A stretch of 63,028 nucleotides of DNA, counting the filler, from Lenisia limosa (Eukaryota > Protista > Breviatea), in the NCBI GenBank assembly GCA_001655205.1. It is 7 parts of 7 records of this genome, joined end to end, with 100 filler letters (N's around TTAATTAATTAA, not from the genome) between each part and the next. Parts side by side here need not be neighbours in the genome. Positions count along the whole stretch, not along the records: positions 52,347 to 58,692 come from LPNZ01009700.1; positions 58,793 to 63,028 come from LPNZ01001701.1; 5 more parts are not named here. One strand, 5' to 3'. The notes under the pieces are model-generated. The model was not told where the DNA came from. It was given only the letters and a program-made list of their open reading frames with translations, and did not search any database. The stretch's first letter is position 1. Each line of letters begins with the position of its first letter. Of the stretch, positions 57,501 to 63,028 are shown one piece after another. Both the position numbers and the translations under genes were made by a program.

Positions 57501-58662
57501 ATTACAGGGAGGCTGTGAAACTGTTGCTGACGGAACGATGTGTCGTGGCCGATCCTGCACTGAGGATCTTACTGCAGTTGGGGGGAACGTGTCAAATACC
57601 GCTTTTGTCTAAATGCTTCTCCAATATACATATTTTTTTATAATGACCATTGCTTTTATGGTGTTGATTCACAGTTCTTCATTTTCATGATTTAGTCAAC
57701 GGAAGCGTCCAGATGTGTGAATGGAGCTTGTCCGATATCTTCAAAGTTCAACAAATGTGCAAATGGTAGGATCCAAGTTCAATTATTCCACTGGATTTGT
57801 TTTATTCAATGCCTTTACTGATTTGTGTAGGATACATTTGCAACGAGTGGGAGTGTCGTGAGAAGTGTTATTGGTATGCTTGGTCAACCTTGTGCTTCTT
57901 TTAGGTCGAATAGCTTCATATCATAATAATATACTATAGTATATAGATACATGATATATTTATCATATGCATAGTATATCATATGTATTATGATATGATA
58001 TGCGTTAGAAAATTACATGGAGATTGGAAGAGCGCATTTGTTTGCTGTATCTTATTTAAAAGGCCGTATCAGTGTCAAACCGGCTTCCGCTGTAATGATA
58101 TCTCCAAAGAATGTGAGCGAAAAAAGAGTGTAGGAGACGTTTGCTCTGAGAATGATGAGTGTCTCTCTGAGTACTGTACAAATGGTGTTTGCTGCATCAC
58201 AAGCTCGTAAGAGGGGAGGGAAAATGTAACCGTTTTATTATTCATTCCTCAGAGCTCCTGGGTGTTCTTTTGTATCATTGTCACCATATTCCTCCTGGAT
58301 TCTACAATGTTGTGTTGCATCTTATTTCCCTACTAGCTGTGGAACATGTCGTCGCTGCGATGTGACCAGTCAGGAGGGCATCTGTACGCCAGTCAAGAAG
58401 TTAGGGCTGGTTTATGGCTCAGTTCCGTGCTGCTCAACTCTCCTCTGCTTTTGACATCAACAGGGGAACCGATCCAAGTGACGACTGCTCTGCGTCCACT
58501 GGCGATGATTGTCCCTTAAATGGTATGCCTCGCTTGCACCCTAAAAGAAATCCCAATTAAATTCTCAAATTTATTGTATGATCCCCTCTAGGTGAATGTA
58601 ATGGAAACGGTTTCTGTGACAGAAGTCAAGGCCTTGAATGTGGTCAAGCAAAATGTCAAGGT
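54534..58662 (+). CDS. Secreted papain-family (C1A, cathepsin B-like) protease domain + Sushi/CCP-like module + Cys-rich repeats; 3' end lost at scaffold break
   Basis: Signal peptide MVEINTFHLVLLLQCLLLVHGA; LPESF; YQENCAACQAHA/LAGVMSDRLC; LSIE/QLIACG..GDGCSSG; DYP; GIY; STHVTRL/VGW..EEYWIIANSY; GYTRL; then CSCKSGY...QCLV/SDGQWSKPIPTC; then C-x5-C-x-SG-x-C-x2-GVCC repeats. Confidence 0.85.
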
Positions 58663-58692
58663 AAGGGCTTCTGTCCTTATTGTAATTGGTTG

Positions 58693-58792
58693 NNNNNNNN
58701 NNNNNNNNNNNNNNNNNNNNNNNNNNNNNNNNNNNNTTAATTAATTAANNNNNNNNNNNNNNNNNNNNNNNNNNNNNNNNNNNNNNNNNNNN
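58693..58792. other. Artificial scaffold spacer
   Basis: TTAATTAATTAA at 58737-58748 within N run. Confidence 0.97.
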
Positions 58793-58999
58793 GTTTTCAC
58801 CGATAGAGGAAAATTCACAGATATATGGACGGTGTGATATCCTATATTATATGACATATCATAATAATCGAGTGTCTCATTTCACTTTTTGGATCCCTTT
58901 TCTACGTGTCACTCTGACACTCGGGATGAACCCTCATATTATCTTCGTTCATTATTTCGATTCGAAAATTGGTCATATGATCATATCGCTAGTGGATAT

Positions 59000-61900
59000 G
59001 GGTCAAAATTGAGAAAAAAAAGGTAATGTTGAACTCCCATCTACTGTGCTTTACAACATGATCAGTGTAAGTGATCATCGGTCGTGGCATCTGAAATAAG
59101 TGAAAAAATTTATGTCTTATACACTACCTACATTTTGGTGTAAGTTTTTGACAAAAAGAGCTACATTGATGAACTCTCCAGTGGTTACAAACGATTCTAT
59201 GGGGGAGATCTAAGAAGTTAGGTTGTCAAAAGGAAGATGTTTGGGATTGTTCACTTCATCTTACAAGAGTATCATTGATTGCTGGAACTTCATGGAAATT
59301 GAGCAGATAAGGTGTGACATAACTATTCCTTTCTGCTCCCAACTGTACACCTGTTGATATTAAAACAAAGGTACAATCATGTACATATTTTGAAAAGATC
59401 AAATTATCTTATTAGTTTCATAAATTATTTACTGAAAGCCTCCCAGAATACCATTATACTCGATAACCTCCCTAAAAAAGTCAAGAAAGTAAAACACAAA
59501 GTGAAGCAAGATTTACGCTACATTACCCAAACCAACTGTATTTCGAGACGTGCAGCAATCGGAGCTTCGTACACAATGAACCCAATAGGACATCCTTCTT
59601 GGTTGGGTGCTGGAGTTGTAAACTGTGAACCTCATTAGGAAGTTTAGAAATATGGTTTAGAGGGTTTAATTTGAGGATGATTGCAGGAGCTTTTCAAGTA
59701 TCTTCTCAGGTACATGTACATAAAAGTTGTTGGATTTTTATAATTAACTCTTCTCTTCTCTATGGTTCTTTGTAGTTGAAAATAAAAAGACAATAAGGCT
59801 GTTTTTTGAGATCACTCCTTCTGTTCTATCTCTCCCCGAACCAAACAAAGGAGCATCATGCATGAATGGGTTTTTAGAATTAAATTCATTGAATTGTGTC
59901 GCCATTTTATGAGAAATTGGGATTTATGAACATTACTTTCAGCCTTTTTGTCTAAACAACGAAAACTATGAGTATATTCTCTATTCTCGCGGACAAATAA
60001 AAAAGGAAACTGTCATTTTGTATGACCCCAAACAAAATATTTTCATGCTGTCATTTTAAAGATGTATGACCAACCAAAAGGAAGAGGCTCAGAGAACAGC
60101 ATGCAGCTAACACCTGATATCTCTGACCGAATATTTGAAAAGTTGAAGCTGAGTGCAGGGTGGTTGCTGTACTGTTATGGAAAACTGGTGGCTTTCTCAT
60201 ACACATTCTTAAAAGAACTGGACTAAAATCGCATACCCCAACAAACTATACAAATATATCGACGATGCCTGAGAAGCCTAAAACAGTGAAGGGATATCCG
60301 TTGGTAATGGTTACAGTTTGATTGATCACTACTTTAAACAAATTGCTTACCATCTGGAAAGCAAAACGGCCACATATGGTCATACTGACTGACTATCATC
60401 GTACGCAACGAGGCATGATAGCCTGGTCCACATTCAATGTCAGCAATCTACAAGGGGATAAAAACACGATTTAGCTGTAAAAGTATGGTTAACATCGCTT
60501 TTATTCGAGAAAAGGAACACAACCTCGGGTGTCAATGTCTCAATTCCTCCTTATTACGTACTCAGGGGGAGAAAATGACACCCACAAACAAAGAACAATC
60601 ATATCCAATAATGGTTATGCATAAATGGTCAGCTGACCATATTCTATCATAATTCTACCAGATTCTATCAGGATTCTATGAAGAATTAGAGAGACTATTT
60701 TTAAGTTCATTTCACTTCTATTTAAGTGAGAACCCCTTTTTACAGAAAACCTCTAAACCCATTGTCGGCACCCCTTTGTGCCACCTCATGTGTTTATGTC
60801 TAACAACTAAATTAATATATGATAGGGCTCTATGGATCTCAGAGAGATCTGACCAGAAAAGCCAGCATAGCTGTCCTCTTCACACTCAATTACGTGTCAC
60901 CTTACCACAGTATCACATTGAAGTAAGAATATTTGTGTGCAATAACAAGAAGAATAAAAGGAAAATTGAGTAAACACTATCCTCCAACCTCTGTACCCAA
61001 AACATGAACATGAGTTTCGGCTGGTGTTCCAGCGGGAGTTGATAACACTGTATACGAGAGAATGTTTGGCGGGGTCTCTTTCGGTAAATAGAGGGGAGTT
61101 GAGTCAAAAGCTGGGAATTTAGGTGATAATCAGTATAAAAACTGATATATGTAAAAAATATGATATCTACATACCTCTATTTGGAATTAAAGTGAAAGGG
61201 TACCCTGGAGTATCGAGTGCTTTGACACCTGTTGCAGTATCATGCTGAAGGTACCATGTACCATTTCCCGCTTCAAATACCAAGTAAAACTGCACAGTAT
61301 TACGTTATAGAAAAAAAAAGCAGAAATTGATTTTATGCGATATGATATGCATGTAATATCACATTAGAGTAATAATTAGAAGTATTATTATACATACTAT
61401 ATGTATGATGCGTCGCTCTATTGTATGACACCATATACCTATCGAGAAAATGAGAAAGTCATATTCGCTTTGAGATCATTTTTTTTATTAATATATTGTT
61501 TTTTTTTATCATTTACAGAACAAAGGAGGGGGTAAGAAGGGCGGGGGATATGGGTGACCTGTCATACTTGTGTATCCTATAGCATCATAATTTGATATGA
61601 TACATATGATATATCATATATCATATGCATAGTATATAATTACTTCATAGTGTACTATACTGTATAATATTCATCAATAGCCCAGCCTTACTGTTTGTGA
61701 TGACTTGTCCATAATGACATCACTCTGATAAAACTGAGAACCAGTTGGTAGTAAACTGCGATATCAGTCAAGCCATACACGCTACGTGTGAACAACATTT
61801 ATTCAGCAAATAACTTGCCATAATTCGGTTTTACGAAAAAAACGCCTGTTAGGACTCNNNNNNNNNNNNNNNNNNNNNNNNNNNNNNNNNNNNNNNNNNN

Positions 61901-62260
61901 NNNNNNNNNNNNNNNNNNNNNNNNNNNNNNNNNNNNNNNNNNNNNNACGGATCTTAGTGGAACCGTCATCAAATTGAAAGAACAGTCCCATCTTGGATTC
62001 TGTAACATAAGAACAGCGTATGGAAACGGATATTGATTTAATACGATTGCAATCTCTAAAAGAACAGTAAAAACCCACTGTCAAAGGAAATTGCACGCAA
62101 TTTTTGATTACCAGCAACCTAAGAAATAAATCTGTGTTTTAAAAAATGTTTTCAGTTCAAATAATTATTGAACCTCTAACTGCTAGACCATTGGATTGAC
62201 GATAAGACGGAGCTTGAGGGTACTCGGATAAGTGTTCAATGGTAGCAATCTGAAAATAAA
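59000..62260 (-). CDS. Fragment of a large multi-exon gene, probably extracellular beta-rich domains
   Basis: GT-AG-bounded open exons such as IADIECGPGYHASL, FSGIVDIF/YSNHPALSFNF, SYVTPYLLNFHEVPAINDTL/ISPIESFVTTGEFINVALFVKN. No family assigned. Confidence 0.4.
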
Positions 62261-63028
62261 ATATTCAGACAATAAAAAAAATGCTCTGATATACTATAGC
62301 TATATGCATATTGTATAAATCGGAGTCTCATAATAGATCGGGAGTCTGCTTAATCTTACTTAACAATTATCTACGATTTAGCCTCACAGGTTGACAGTTT
62401 TAGGCAAATTTTCCCTTCTGTTTTTTTCCTTTCTTCTAAATCAGTGCCGGGAAGCAGACTCCCGCTTTAACTAATTATAAAAAAAATTTCACCACCAAAT
62501 CATTGCAGTTGTTGATAGACACAAAAAGAGAGGCAGAAAGGACGAGAGAAAGAGAACCAACAATCAAGCTTAGATCCTGGTTATTTATTAATCCCGATAA
62601 ACATAAAAATTTTAAGATCAAAAGAACCCAGGTAATGCACCAGGAGAAAAAAAAAAGAAGACTGATCTCGTCTTCAGCTTCTTGTTTCTATTAGATTGTC
62701 TAAGAATACTATCTTTTAATAATCTAGAGGCTTATGGGACACTGAGATTCCGATTGCTTTTAAGATCTCAAAAAATAATCCATAATTATAACTTTCCACC
62801 CCTGTGGCTCGATTGTATGATAAAATAAGCAGACTCCCAAAGTCTAAAAAGAAGAAAAAAATTGAAGGTGGTTTGTAAATTAGGAGATGCTAACCATTTC
62901 AACTTCCGTTCCTTGATAACCAATCATCACTCTTTTCATTTCTAAATCATAGGCAAATGGGAACTCCTTGGACGGCTGTACAAGTCAATGCAAAAACAAT
63001 CCCTGATCTTGACAAAAAAAAAAAAAAA

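Noticed and set aside
18998-58748. Recurrent TTAATTAATTAA motif (six copies)
   Set aside because: Always centred in exactly 44+44 N and encodes stops in all six frames: an artificial scaffold joiner. Gene adjacency across these points has no biological meaning.
5711-61946. Short N gaps as deletions or editing sites
   Set aside because: They are assembly gaps, mostly adjacent to G/C homopolymers where sequencing fails.
1709-62694. Most entries of the six-frame ORF track
   Set aside because: They cross introns or N gaps, start at non-ATG codons, or are antisense shadows of low-complexity exons; only parts overlap real exons.

Overview
Eukaryotic, intron-rich, gene-dense draft genomic DNA, probably from a flagellated protist (the organism cannot be named from this window). 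The window is not one locus. Six artificial 100-nt spacers (44 N + TTAATTAATTAA + 44 N) join seven scaffolds, and many smaller N gaps sit next to G/C homopolymers. The ORF track is mostly spurious because exons are short, so I built gene models by hand from GT-AG junctions and recognisable protein motifs; boundaries are approximate. Recognisable genes: a TFIIS-N-terminal-domain protein, a DENND11/LCHN-like protein, tRNA-Ala(AGC), RBM39, DPAGT1/ALG7, a Rubicon-homology (DEF8/PLEKHM1/Rubicon-family) protein, a long coiled-coil protein, an IQ+HECT E3 ligase (UBE3B/C-like), a TPR-like protein, a RING-CH (MARCH-like) membrane E3, a lebercilin-like protein, DcpS, and a secreted papain-family protease fused to a Sushi-like module and myxobacterial-type Cys-rich repeats. 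The most interesting signals are non-coding. One dispersed motif always lies in the sense orientation and often runs into the 3' splice site. G-runs follow donors while C-runs precede acceptors. A ~95-bp MITE family has co-varying terminal inverted repeats, and a ~140-bp SINE-like repeat also recurs. There is also a candidate poison exon in RBM39 and a candidate 3-nt microexon. The standard genetic code is supported, since TAA, TAG and TGA each end well-supported genes.
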